64,000 nucleotides of DNA. Origin: a virus. The notes below the pieces were generated by a model. The model had not been told where the DNA came from and did not search any database. It worked only from the letters and a program-made list of their open reading frames with translations. The stretch lies in the IMG/VR virus record IMGVR_UViG_3300027798_006580; one strand, given 5' to 3'. Made by a program: the position numbers and the translations under genes. Below are positions 9,708 to 19,559 of the stretch, in pieces (position 1 is the stretch's first letter; each line of letters opens with the position of its first letter).

Positions 9708-10160
9708 ATGACTACGTTTAGAAACTCTAACAAAGACAAGCTCAAAAGTCAGAGTATTCTCAAAGAACAGTATAGATTAGAATGTAAATGTAGATTGGAA
9801 GATTGTGATAATGATCTTACAATTTTTGATGGGCCAGGCAGCGATGGTTTCTGCCGTGAACATCAACTTCAACTTACAGACTATGAAGGCGGAATGGGAA
9901 AAGCAGATCGCCCACATACATTTTACAGAGGCTGGCTTTGTGAGAAGTGTGGATATGATCCAAGAGAAGATAGTCAGTTTGATGACATTGAAGATCCATT
10001 CCATAAACTTCGTTGTATGCGTGGCGTAATGCACGGAGATCATTTGGAACGTAAAAGTGACGGTGGCGCAGATACCGCAGAGAACATTCAAACTCTATGT
10101 TGTAGATGCCATATGATTAAAACATACAAAGAAAAGGATTACTTAAAAGGTAATAAATGA
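9708..10160 (+). CDS. HNH endonuclease-like Zn-binding protein
   Basis: CEKCG...GDHLERKSDGG....NIQTLCCRCH. Confidence 0.8.
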   Translation: MTTFRNSNKDKLKSQSILKEQYRLECKCRLEDCDNDLTIFDGPGSDGFCREHQLQLTDYEGGMGKADRPHTFYRGWLCEKCGYDPREDSQFDDIEDPFHKLRCMRGVMHGDHLERKSDGGADTAENIQTLCCRCHMIKTYKEKDYLKGNK

Positions 10161-10167
10161 ACAAATA

Positions 10168-10192
10168 AAGCAACTGAAAGGTTGCTTTTTTG
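10168..10192 (+). terminator. Rho-independent terminator
   Basis: AAGCAACT-GAAA-GGTTGCTT followed by a T run. Confidence 0.7.
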
Positions 10193-10211
10193 TGACTAAA
10201 GATGTTATACT

Positions 10212-11672
10212 ATGTCTATGACATCTTGTACAATACATATTAAAGACGAAGTTAACATTAAGATATCTGACCTTGTAACTGCAACTAGGCGTAAACTAGA
10301 AAAAGAATTAAAATACTTCCAGCCCTGGGCTTACCATAGTCCAGCATATAAGCTAGGACGTTGGGATGGTTGCGTTAGTTACTTTAGTCTAGGCGGTAGC
10401 ACTTACTTTAACTTATTAGACAGAATACTTCCTATCCTAGTAGACGAAGGATACAACATTGAAATTGATGACCAAAGAACTAATCATAACTTTCAATTCC
10501 TTGAAGTAACTGAAACAACTCATGAACAAACTATTTGGCCCAAAGGTCACGTCAACGAAGGACAGCCAGTATTGCTACGTGACTATCAAGTTGATGCTAT
10601 TAATAAGTTTCTAAATAACTTACAATGTGTACAAGAGATTAGTACGGGTGCTGGTAAAACAATTACAACAGCAACGTTATCCGGAAGTGTGCAGGACTAT
10701 GGAAGAACGTTGATTATTGTTCCTAACAAAGATCTAGTCAAACAGACATTAGAAGATTATGAATTGTTAGGACTCGACGTAGGCGTTTACTTTGGCGATA
10801 AAAAAGAACTGGGTAAGACACATACCATCTGCACATGGCAAAGTCTTAATGTATTAGAAAAACGTTTTAAAGATGGACTCAGTCCTTTAAGTTTAGAAGA
10901 GTTTGGTCAAGATCTAGTAGCAATTATTGTTGACGAAGTACATCAAGCCAAGGCAGATGTGCTTAAAGCATTGCTTAGTGGTCCATTCGCCAATGTTCCT
11001 ATTCGTTGGGGATTGACTGGAACTATTCCTAAAGAAGACTTTGAGCGAGTTGGATTGATTGCAACCTTGGGTCCTGTGGTGAATAAGATTGCTGCCAAGG
11101 ATCTACAGGACCAAGGAGTACTAGCCAACTGCACAGTCAACATTGTACAACTACAAGAGACAGCACAATATCAGACATATCAGGAAGAACTAACATTTTT
11201 AACTACCAATGTTCGTCGCATAGATTTCATTGCAGAGTTTGTAAAAAGTCTTGCTTTGTCAGGGAACACATTAGTATTAGTAGATAGAATTAAAGCAGGT
11301 GAATTACTCTGTGAAAGGATTACAGATAGTGTATTCGTCAGCGGCGCAATGAAAACAACAGATAGAAAAGAACACTATGATGAAATTAAAGACAGCGATG
11401 GCAAGGTTATTGTGGCGACTTATGGTGTGGCCTCTGTGGGTATTAATATTCCTCGTATTTTTAATCTGGTTCTTTTGGAGCCCGGAAAGAGCTTTGTCCG
11501 CGTTATACAAAGTATTGGCCGAGGCATTAGACGTGCTCAAGATAAAGACCATGTAGAAATTTGGGACTTGACGTCAAGTGCAAAGTTTAGTAAGAAGCAT
11601 CTTACTACAAGAAAGAAATACTATGAGGAAGCTGGCTATCCTTATAAAATCGAGAAAGTAAAATACCTATGA
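10212..11672 (+). CDS. uvsW: UvsW-like SF2 DNA helicase (start may be 10218)
   Basis: LRDYQ, TGAGKT, DEVH, GLTGT, QSIGRG.R. Confidence 0.9.
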   Translation: MSMTSCTIHIKDEVNIKISDLVTATRRKLEKELKYFQPWAYHSPAYKLGRWDGCVSYFSLGGSTYFNLLDRILPILVDEGYNIEIDDQRTNHNFQFLEVTETTHEQTIWPKGHVNEGQPVLLRDYQVDAINKFLNNLQCVQEISTGAGKTITTATLSGSVQDYGRTLIIVPNKDLVKQTLEDYELLGLDVGVYFGDKKELGKTHTICTWQSLNVLEKRFKDGLSPLSLEEFGQDLVAIIVDEVHQAKADVLKALLSGPFANVPIRWGLTGTIPKEDFERVGLIATLGPVVNKIAAKDLQDQGVLANCTVNIVQLQETAQYQTYQEELTFLTTNVRRIDFIAEFVKSLALSGNTLVLVDRIKAGELLCERITDSVFVSGAMKTTDRKEHYDEIKDSDGKVIVATYGVASVGINIPRIFNLVLLEPGKSFVRVIQSIGRGIRRAQDKDHVEIWDLTSSAKFSKKHLTTRKKYYEEAGYPYKIEKVKYL

Positions 11673-12169
11673 ACATACTAACTTCTAATAATGAAGCATT
11701 TGAGTTAAACTCGTTGCCCGAGGAAGTAGAAGATCTACGTTATGGAGTTCTTGATTGGAATGATCCTAAAAACGTTGACTATCATTTTGTGCCACTTATC
11801 TTCATGGAAACATTTCACGCACCTGCGGCAGTATTAAAAATAGGTGATCATATTATACAAGTGCCCTTGGATTGGTACGTTGTCATTGGCGAAAAAGATC
11901 ATGGAGATCCGGAGATTGTTCCTATCATGAATATCAATGACCGTGGTTTTAGTGCGTTTGCTTTTAATCCTATTAGTAGTTTTAGATTAGATTTTCAACC
12001 ATTAGAAATTATCAACGTGTTTCAAGACATTCGTTGGTATACTCCTAAACTTAAACATGGACATATTCTAGCAGTGCCTTTGGAAACAGGTTTCAAGCCT
12101 TTATGTGCTTACTTTGTCAAAGAAACTACCAAGCTACCGGAAGTATTATCCATAGACAAAATGTATTAA
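11669..12169 (+). CDS. Phage hypothetical protein
   Basis: 166 aa, ATGA-coupled to uvsW. Confidence 0.7.
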   Translation: MNILTSNNEAFELNSLPEEVEDLRYGVLDWNDPKNVDYHFVPLIFMETFHAPAAVLKIGDHIIQVPLDWYVVIGEKDHGDPEIVPIMNINDRGFSAFAFNPISSFRLDFQPLEIINVFQDIRWYTPKLKHGHILAVPLETGFKPLCAYFVKETTKLPEVLSIDKMY

Positions 12170-12186
12170 ACAGCGTATAATACAGT

Positions 12187-12672
12187 ATGGCAACAAAAGC
12201 TCCTATGTTAGATATGTTTAATCGAGTACTTCCAGCTTTGGATACTCGCAACAAAAAACTCTACGAAAATCTCAGTGAAGAAGAACAGAAAGGGTTTAGT
12301 CCCTGGCTTGTTCAACGATATTTGAGCAGTGCCGAAAGTGCTAACAATGCTGTCATTGAACATTACTTGATTATGACCAATGACATTGTTAATGTCAACT
12401 TCAGTGAAGTCAAAGATCCTGAAATGACTTGGAAGTTAATGAGCATGGTGGGCATTGGTAAAAGTCTCAAGCATCCATACATTGCTCCAAGCGGCGGTAA
12501 GAGAAAAAAGAAAAATGCTTTTAGAGCCTGGCTACGTGAACAGTATCCGCACTTAGATGATCAAGAATTAGATATCTGGATCAGTAACTTAGATAAAAAA
12601 TCCGCCAAGGATATGTTGGAACAATACCATGTTAAAGACAAAGATGTTATCTCTAGTGCAAATGACTTATAA
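12187..12672 (+). CDS. Putative clamp-loader small subunit, T4 gp62-like
   Basis: F.PWLVQRYLS motif resembles gp62 N-terminus; size and replication context fit. Confidence 0.5.
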   Translation: MATKAPMLDMFNRVLPALDTRNKKLYENLSEEEQKGFSPWLVQRYLSSAESANNAVIEHYLIMTNDIVNVNFSEVKDPEMTWKLMSMVGIGKSLKHPYIAPSGGKRKKKNAFRAWLREQYPHLDDQELDIWISNLDKKSAKDMLEQYHVKDKDVISSANDL

Positions 12673-13342
12673 ATGTAAATTTTGTAATAAAGATTTTGTG
12701 CGTGAAACTACTCTTATGTCTCACTTATGTGAGAAAAAGCGTAGAATGATGGAAAAAGATTCCAAGCAAAATCGTATTGCTTATCAAAGCTGGCTTATAT
12801 ATCGTAAAATGATTATTGCCAACGTCAAGCACGACAAGCCCTATGAAGACTTTATCAGTGATAGATACTATCTCGACTTCATGAAAGTGTCCAAGCATAT
12901 CATTGATTTGAACTTGGACAAGCCGGAAGAATTTGTTAGATTTGTTTTAAAAAATGCTGTTAAGATTGATGACTGGTGTAAAGCAGTTGTCTACGAAACT
13001 TACGTTAAAGATACAACCAAAAAAGAAACAGTAGAGCGAGCAATTGAGCGAAGTTTGTTAAATATGAAAGCCTGGGCAGAAAAGACTGGATATAATTGGA
13101 GTGAATACTTTGCTAGAGTTAGCACAGTGGATGCAGTACAAGATATCAGAATGGGTCGTATCAGTCCGTGGTGTACCTTTGCTACAGATCAAGGTAGCAG
13201 ATTAATTGATAGGTTTGAACCTGGCCAGGTTCAGACATTGATAGATTACATTGAGCCTTTATCATGGAAGGCCAGAGTAAAACGTCAGCAGGGTGATGCT
13301 GATTGGGTGCAGGAAGTTTTTAACAAGGCGGAAATTAAATGA
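12662..13342 (+). CDS. C2H2-type Zn-finger protein
   Basis: YKCKFCNKDF..E..L..H.C. Confidence 0.65.
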   Translation: MTYKCKFCNKDFVRETTLMSHLCEKKRRMMEKDSKQNRIAYQSWLIYRKMIIANVKHDKPYEDFISDRYYLDFMKVSKHIIDLNLDKPEEFVRFVLKNAVKIDDWCKAVVYETYVKDTTKKETVERAIERSLLNMKAWAEKTGYNWSEYFARVSTVDAVQDIRMGRISPWCTFATDQGSRLIDRFEPGQVQTLIDYIEPLSWKARVKRQQGDADWVQEVFNKAEIK

Positions 13343-13572
13343 ATCAATACAAGCAACGAGCAGTACCAGCATTGCTGAAAAGCAGTACAGTACAAGAAGC
13401 ACGGGTTAGACTAATCAACGACATGGTTGAGATAGAAATGAATGGTTCCAGAGTAGTGGTACCCACTGCTGAGTCATATCAACGCTTGCTCAAAAAGGTT
13501 GCAGTGTTGGAACAAAAACTGTATGCTACTGATAACAAAGCAAACAGAGTCGCCAGGATGAACAATGAGTAA
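13339..13572 (+). CDS. Hypothetical coiled-coil protein
   Basis: 77 aa, overlapping operon packing. Confidence 0.6.
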   Translation: MNQYKQRAVPALLKSSTVQEARVRLINDMVEIEMNGSRVVVPTAESYQRLLKKVAVLEQKLYATDNKANRVARMNNE

Positions 13573-13795
13573 AGAAGATCATAAATTAGAAGATATCTAT
13601 AATGAAGTTATATTAGTTATAGAAAAATTATTAAACAAAGAGCATGATCCGTTGGCAGTGGCCGCAGTATTTGCCAGCCAAGCACTGGGATTATATAAAA
13701 CGGTGTTAAGTGACAAAGACTATAATACTATGGTTGATAGTATTGTTGATAAAAAAGATAGAGTACAGCCTTTTGAATCTAGGAGTTTACATTGA
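13565..13795 (+). CDS. Hypothetical protein
   Basis: 76 aa, overlapping operon packing. Confidence 0.6.
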   Translation: MSKEDHKLEDIYNEVILVIEKLLNKEHDPLAVAAVFASQALGLYKTVLSDKDYNTMVDSIVDKKDRVQPFESRSLH

Positions 13796-14370
13796 GCTTT
13801 GACGTTGACATAGACTTTGCAGATAGAGAACAAATTCTTAAATTAGTAGTGCATACTGCGGCCATGCAAAAAGAAGGCACGAAAGAACGTAAGCATAACA
13901 CAGGCGTTTACTTTCATCACGTACCCACCAATCCGTTCACGGGATTATCTACAATAGATTATAAACAAGCAGAAAACATAGGCTGGTTTAAGATCGACTT
14001 GCTCAACGTTGGTATCTACAGTAACTTTGCCAGTAACGAGCAGATAGATGAGTTATTAGACAAAGAGCCGATGTGGGAATTATTAGAACACAAGGAAGTT
14101 ATTCAACAGTTGTTTCATATTCACAATCACAGTGATACAGTTATTAGAATGAAGCCAAGAAGTATTGAGCAACTTGCCATGGTATTGGCAGTTATACGTC
14201 CTGGTAAGAAACATTTAATTGGACGTAGTTGGAGTGAGATAGAAAAAGAAGTATGGACTAAAACAGAAGATGTTTATAGTTTTAAGAAGAGTCATGCCAT
14301 TGGGTATTCGGCGGCCATTGCATTACAGCTCAATCAATTAGCTTACAGTATTAACAGTGGCAAGTCCTAA
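13792..14370 (+). CDS. Miniature DnaE (Pol III alpha)-like protein
   Basis: DVDIDF, RKH.TGV, FKIDLL, PRSIEQLA..LA.IRPG, YSFKKSHA..Y; AGGAG RBS before TTG. Confidence 0.75.
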   Translation: MSFDVDIDFADREQILKLVVHTAAMQKEGTKERKHNTGVYFHHVPTNPFTGLSTIDYKQAENIGWFKIDLLNVGIYSNFASNEQIDELLDKEPMWELLEHKEVIQQLFHIHNHSDTVIRMKPRSIEQLAMVLAVIRPGKKHLIGRSWSEIEKEVWTKTEDVYSFKKSHAIGYSAAIALQLNQLAYSINSGKS

Positions 14371-15048
14371 TAGACCGAGAGTTTTGATATAGAACCATCC
14401 CATATCAAATTCAAACCAGCGTTTACTTAACTTTGCACTAGCCGGAGTCATGTGGTGGTTGTTGTGCAATTCTTCGCCGCCGATCCATATAGCCCATGGT
14501 ATTAAATTAGTGCTACGGTCTTTTGTGGCACCATTTCTATATCCCCACCAGTGACCCAATCCATTAATAACTCCTGCCGCCCAAAAAGGTATCCATAACA
14601 TCTGTACTGCCCATATGACAAATCCCATCCATCCGAATATCAATACATTAATAGCCATCATTAGAATCACTCCTGCGTAATTATAGGGAGTGTACAATTT
14701 TTGTTCAATCCAGTCATCGGGTGTTCCCCTGCCAAAACTCACTATCATTTTTGCATTTTTCCCCGACAAATAATAATAGTAAACACCTCTGAACAGTATG
14801 TTTAAAATTCCATGTACATGAGGACTATGTGGATCGCCTTCTTTATCAGTTGTGCTGTGATGTTTTCTATGTATTGCTACCCATTGTTTAGTAATCATGC
14901 CAGTGGTTAACCATAGCCATAATCTAAAAAAATGTTCAACAACGGGATGAAATGTAACTGATTTATGTGCTTGACTTCTGTGTAAAAAACAGGTCACAGA
15001 GACAATGGTGATGTGGGTAAGTATAAGAGCATATAGTATTTCTAGCAT
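14338..15048 (-). CDS. Membrane fatty-acid desaturase, delta-9/DesA-like
   Basis: His boxes HRSQAH, HRKHH, HNNHH; transmembrane segments. Confidence 0.9.
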   Translation of the reverse strand: MLEILYALILTHITIVSVTCFLHRSQAHKSVTFHPVVEHFFRLWLWLTTGMITKQWVAIHRKHHSTTDKEGDPHSPHVHGILNILFRGVYYYYLSGKNAKMIVSFGRGTPDDWIEQKLYTPYNYAGVILMMAINVLIFGWMGFVIWAVQMLWIPFWAAGVINGLGHWWGYRNGATKDRSTNLIPWAIWIGGEELHNNHHMTPASAKLSKRWFEFDMGWFYIKTLGLLGLATVNTVS

Positions 15049-15061
15049 ACATGTACTTATC

Positions 15062-15430
15062 TTATAATTTTTGAACTAGCTGGATTTGACGACGTTTGAT
15101 ACGTTTGGTGATAATGTTTTGTAGACTAACTGCTTCACCGTGTAGCAATTCAAAATCCTTGACATTATATGTTCGGAGACTATAGCTAAACTGTTTAAAT
15201 TTAGGGCCTATAAACAAATTAATTGGTAGCTGTCTATTACTTTGCCACCACCATTCTTCTCCGCACTCTAGGAATTCTTGGCGATCTTCGACACAGTTTA
15301 ATACGTTTAACACATATATACTGGTTAGAGTTTGAGTATAGTTCTGTATTATACCTATGACTTCGTCTTCCCCTGCCCTGCATAGGCTTAAGAAAGGGAA
15401 TTTTTCTAATATTTCTTTGTGATCTGACAT
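15062..15430 (-). CDS. Phage hypothetical protein
   Basis: 122 aa; TAAATA box 6 nt upstream of ATG. Confidence 0.65.
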   Translation of the reverse strand: MSDHKEILEKFPFLSLCRAGEDEVIGIIQNYTQTLTSIYVLNVLNCVEDRQEFLECGEEWWWQSNRQLPINLFIGPKFKQFSYSLRTYNVKDFELLHGEAVSLQNIITKRIKRRQIQLVQKL

Positions 15431-15481
15431 TGTCAATATTTAGCAGCCATTTCAATTCAATTAATTTAAATAAATATAACT

Positions 15482-16297
15482 ATGAGCGATACATTCACAT
15501 TACTAGATTATCCGCAACGAAGCGTATTAATATACTCTGATGGATACAGCAGGACAAAAAACATGCCATTTAGCACAACACGAAAAACGGTCTACAAGGG
15601 AGTAGACACCAAGCTGGGTTTTGATATAAAAAATCAAGATCGCAAACCTGTTAACTTACTGGGTAAAACTATCATGGTTAATGTTATGCAGGTTAGACGA
15701 GGCGAGTTAGTATTACAGCGCCGAGCACAGATCAAAGAACCTCAAAATGGTTATTGCGAGTTTAGTATATTTGGTTACGATCTAACCGATCTCGAACCCG
15801 GCATATATCAACTCAGTGCCCAACTATACGAAGATGATGGCATGGCTCGAAGTTTGTATTCTGATTTAAATAGGGCGGCCACCATGGAAATTGAATTAGT
15901 CGATGGCGCATATCCTAAATTCTTTAATAGTACATTGTTGCAATTTACACAAGACGGTAGTTCGTTTGTAAGTCAGCCTGTGGCAAGTAACTTACAGAAA
16001 AATGACAGCAGTACATTACATACTCTTCAAATCGAAACAACTAATTTTAAAGGCAGATTAACTGCTTTTGGTAGTTTAGAATACGGTAGTATGGGCAATT
16101 ACAGTCCTATTAGATTTATCGATGGACAATATTGGCTACCTCTTGATTCATCACCAACCAGCCCAACAATTGGAATAACAGGTACACATCAAACTCAGGG
16201 TTGGAACTGGCGCGGTAGTTTCCGTTGGATAAAAGTGGTATATACACCCGACACTGATAATACCGGAACAGTTGACAAAATACTTTACAGAAGTTAA
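15482..16297 (+). CDS. Putative virion/baseplate protein with an Ig-like (BppU-like) N-terminal domain
   Basis: F.IKNQDRKPVNL...G.Y.L beta-rich pattern; late-type box upstream. Confidence 0.5.
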   Translation: MSDTFTLLDYPQRSVLIYSDGYSRTKNMPFSTTRKTVYKGVDTKLGFDIKNQDRKPVNLLGKTIMVNVMQVRRGELVLQRRAQIKEPQNGYCEFSIFGYDLTDLEPGIYQLSAQLYEDDGMARSLYSDLNRAATMEIELVDGAYPKFFNSTLLQFTQDGSSFVSQPVASNLQKNDSSTLHTLQIETTNFKGRLTAFGSLEYGSMGNYSPIRFIDGQYWLPLDSSPTSPTIGITGTHQTQGWNWRGSFRWIKVVYTPDTDNTGTVDKILYRS

Positions 16298-16308
16298 AAT
16301 AGTAAGGC

Positions 16309-17280
16309 ATGTCAGCCTTACAAACATTATTACAATCACGCATACACGGAAGACCCAGTCCCAAAGGCTGGATTAGCTTTAACTGTCCAATGTGCGTAGT
16401 AAATGGACAGAGTCGTCCAGACACAAAACATCGTGGTGGTATGATGTTTAATCCAGACGGAGCAGTGAGCTATCATTGCTTTAACTGTAATTTTAAAACA
16501 AGTTGGACCACTGGCAGAACACTGAGCTTTAAGATGCGTAAATTTATGCGTCAACTAGGCTTTGATGAAGCAGAAGTACAGCGACTTAACTTAGAACTAT
16601 TAAGCCAAGCAGATGTAGAAATATTAGTACAACGTGAACCAGAGCCAACCTGGACTCCTAATTGGCCCGACTACGAGCTAGGATTTGAAGTAAGACCTTT
16701 AGATACTCCTGAGAAGATAGAATATTTAAAACACAGACAAGTATATGACTTGGCGATATGGTTGGAGACAGACACAGAATATGCTGGCTTAAACAAACGA
16801 GCTATACTACCGCTGACTTATGAAAATAGAATAGTTGGCTTTCAAAGTAGATACGTTGGAGAAATACCAGAGAAGTTTTCTAAGTATTATAAAAAAGCAC
16901 CAGCAGACTATGTGTTTGGTTTAGACAACCAACGAGATAACAGACAGTTTGTTATCGTCACAGAAGGCGAAATGGATGCGCTACTAACTAGTGGATTAAG
17001 TATTGGCAGTAATAATTTAAGTGACCATCAAGCACAACTGATTGAAGACTTAAATATAGAACCTATCGTGATTCCAGACGCAGATAAAGCAGGCAGAGAC
17101 CTAGTAGAACGTGCCGCAGATTACGGCTGGAGTGTGAGTTTTCCTGAATGGGAGAACTGTAAAGATGTCAGCGACGCAGTAATGAAATATGGACGCTTGT
17201 TTGCTATTCACAGCATACTAGAGGCCGCAGAGCACAGTCCAACAAAAATTAGATTAATGGGAAAGAGATATTGTCAATGA
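16309..17280 (+). CDS. DNA primase, gp61/DnaG-like
   Basis: Zn-binding CPMC...HCFNC; TOPRIM VTEGEMDA, PDADKAG, KDV.D. Confidence 0.9.
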   Translation: MSALQTLLQSRIHGRPSPKGWISFNCPMCVVNGQSRPDTKHRGGMMFNPDGAVSYHCFNCNFKTSWTTGRTLSFKMRKFMRQLGFDEAEVQRLNLELLSQADVEILVQREPEPTWTPNWPDYELGFEVRPLDTPEKIEYLKHRQVYDLAIWLETDTEYAGLNKRAILPLTYENRIVGFQSRYVGEIPEKFSKYYKKAPADYVFGLDNQRDNRQFVIVTEGEMDALLTSGLSIGSNNLSDHQAQLIEDLNIEPIVIPDADKAGRDLVERAADYGWSVSFPEWENCKDVSDAVMKYGRLFAIHSILEAAEHSPTKIRLMGKRYCQ

Positions 17281-18767
17281 GTAATGAAGTAAAAGAATAT
17301 AGTACGGACTTGCAAAAGTTATTTTTAGAATTTCTGGTAAGTGACAAGGAGTTGCTGAGTCGTTGCCAAAACGTTTTAGAAGGTAGTTACTTTTCTAGAA
17401 GTTTGCAGACAACAGCAGAGTTCATTAAAGAATATGCGGGCAAGTACAGTGACTGCCCTACAATAGAACAGATCAAAGCAGTAACAGACACAGATCTTAG
17501 AATTATTCCTGGAGAAGCAGCCAGCCATAAGGAATGGTTCTTAACAGAGTTCGAACAGTTTGCCCGCCATAAAGCATTAGAGAAAGCAATTCTAGCCAGT
17601 GCAGATTTGTTGGACAAGCAACGCTACGGGGAAGTAGAAAAGTTAATCAAAGACGCCAGTAGTATAGGTTTGCCAAAGAGTTTTGGCACAGACTACTTTG
17701 CTGATCCTAAAGGTCGACTAGAAGCATTGAGAAGAAACAACGGTCAAATTAGCACAGGCTGGAAAACCATTGATTATAAATTATTTGGCGGATTTAATAG
17801 AGGTGAACTTAATATTTTTGCAGGTGGTTCTGGCGCAGGTAAGAGTTTATTCTTACAGAATCTAGCATTGAATTGGAGTTTACAAGGACTCAACGGTGTT
17901 TACTTTAGTCTAGAACTAAGTGAGGGATTAAGCAGTCAGCGTATGGATGCCATGCTTATGGGCATAGGTACTGCTGATATTTTTAAAGACTTGGATAACG
18001 TTGACTTGAAAATTAGGACGATGGGTAAGAAAGCAGGTAAGTTGCAAATGGTACAACTCACTGCGGGCGTTACAGTAAATGATTTAAAATCATGGTTGAA
18101 AGAATTTCAGATTCAACTTAATAAAAAAGTTGATTATGTTATTGTTGATTATTTAGATTTGATGTCTCCTGTGTCTGTAAAGATATCAGCAGAGAACACG
18201 TTTATTAAAGACAAATACGTTTCGGAAGAACTTAGAGCAATGGCAGTACAAGACAAATACTTGTTCTGTACAGCAAGTCAATTGAATCGTGGAGCTGTGG
18301 AAAGTGTTGAATTTGACCACAGTCATATCAGCGGTGGATTGAGTAAGATTCAAACAGCAGACAATGTGATTGGTATCTTTAACAGTATTACCATGCGTGA
18401 GCGTGGCAGGGTGCAGTTACAGTTTATGAAGACACGTAGTAGTAGTGCAGTAGGCAGTAAGATCGAATTAGAATTTAATACAACTAGTTTACGTATCACT
18501 GACTTAGATGAAGACAGTCCAGAAGCACCCACTACAGCAGATGTGTTACATGATAAACTTCGTCGACAGGCCCGGACAACAGAATCTACTAGTACTTCCG
18601 CAGGATCGACTAAATGGGAAAAGCCAACTGGAACTCATGCATGGGATTATCAAGCCGGCGGAAAAGAATTAAAACCAGGAATTGAACCTACAAATTCAGA
18701 GCCATCTATTTCTATGAGAACAATGGACAGTAACAACAGACTTAATAATCTTCTAAAGAAGAGTTGA
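17277..18767 (+). CDS. Replicative DnaB/gp41-like helicase
   Basis: GGSGAGKS, FSLEL, IVDYLDL, TASQLNR, K.R. Confidence 0.92.
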   Translation: MSNEVKEYSTDLQKLFLEFLVSDKELLSRCQNVLEGSYFSRSLQTTAEFIKEYAGKYSDCPTIEQIKAVTDTDLRIIPGEAASHKEWFLTEFEQFARHKALEKAILASADLLDKQRYGEVEKLIKDASSIGLPKSFGTDYFADPKGRLEALRRNNGQISTGWKTIDYKLFGGFNRGELNIFAGGSGAGKSLFLQNLALNWSLQGLNGVYFSLELSEGLSSQRMDAMLMGIGTADIFKDLDNVDLKIRTMGKKAGKLQMVQLTAGVTVNDLKSWLKEFQIQLNKKVDYVIVDYLDLMSPVSVKISAENTFIKDKYVSEELRAMAVQDKYLFCTASQLNRGAVESVEFDHSHISGGLSKIQTADNVIGIFNSITMRERGRVQLQFMKTRSSSAVGSKIELEFNTTSLRITDLDEDSPEAPTTADVLHDKLRRQARTTESTSTSAGSTKWEKPTGTHAWDYQAGGKELKPGIEPTNSEPSISMRTMDSNNRLNNLLKKS

Positions 18768-19229
18768 TTACTTTAAATCACGAAGAGGTTCTGGTGGCTG
18801 TGTCGGCTCAGCAGTTGTAGGTGCACCGACTTCTGCGTCCGGTTCGCTAGCGGGTTGTTCTTGAGCAGCAGACTCAGAGTCCTTATTCAAGTCCGTTTTC
18901 AGTCTTTGGAATAAGCTGTTATCTTCTGCAACATATGCCAGCACAGTTTCTAATAAATCCATGAGAGCAGTCATTTGATTTAGACTTGGTCTACGATTCA
19001 TGTACATTGAACGGACGCCAGCTTTTAGATCGTTGTAGTGATCTTCGCTTACTGCATCTTTGATAGATGCCAAACGACTCATTGTGCGTGTAAAAGAACT
19101 GCTGTCGATTTCTTTTCCGCTGTGTTCCATGCCTGGATCTATTTCGTTTAACTCTGCTTGTTCTTCGATGGCTCGTAGTTTATTTAGAACTGTGCCCATA
19201 TTAAAATTTGTACTCGACATCATAGTCAT
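18768..19229 (-). CDS. Hypothetical acidic protein, possibly head-associated
   Basis: 153 aa, divergent late-type box. Confidence 0.6.
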   Translation of the reverse strand: MTMMSSTNFNMGTVLNKLRAIEEQAELNEIDPGMEHSGKEIDSSSFTRTMSRLASIKDAVSEDHYNDLKAGVRSMYMNRRPSLNQMTALMDLLETVLAYVAEDNSLFQRLKTDLNKDSESAAQEQPASEPDAEVGAPTTAEPTQPPEPLRDLK

Positions 19230-19298
19230 AATAGTGCTCCACTGTTAAAGTTATTTATCAGTTTGTTGGATAAATACTTTCAAGGATGGACTATAATA

Positions 19299-19559
19299 GT
19301 GCGTAAACATACACGATCTTTACTTGAAGAAATTACAAATATTGTACCGCAAAGAGACAGAGAAAGTTTTGTGGAAAACAAGGCCGTAAATGTCATCGCG
19401 AGTACTCGGTATCTTGTTGAATATATACAAGAAAACTTTAACCAAGAGCAAAGTGAAGATTTATTAAAACGTTTATTCAACAGCTTAAAAACTGGCGATG
19501 AAATGAAATTTCGCAGAGGAATTAAACAAATTAAAGAAGCAAATAATGGAAGAATTTGA
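19299..19559 (+). CDS. Hypothetical protein
   Basis: Probable GTG start; late block. Confidence 0.6.
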   Translation: MRKHTRSLLEEITNIVPQRDRESFVENKAVNVIASTRYLVEYIQENFNQEQSEDLLKRLFNSLKTGDEMKFRRGIKQIKEANNGRI

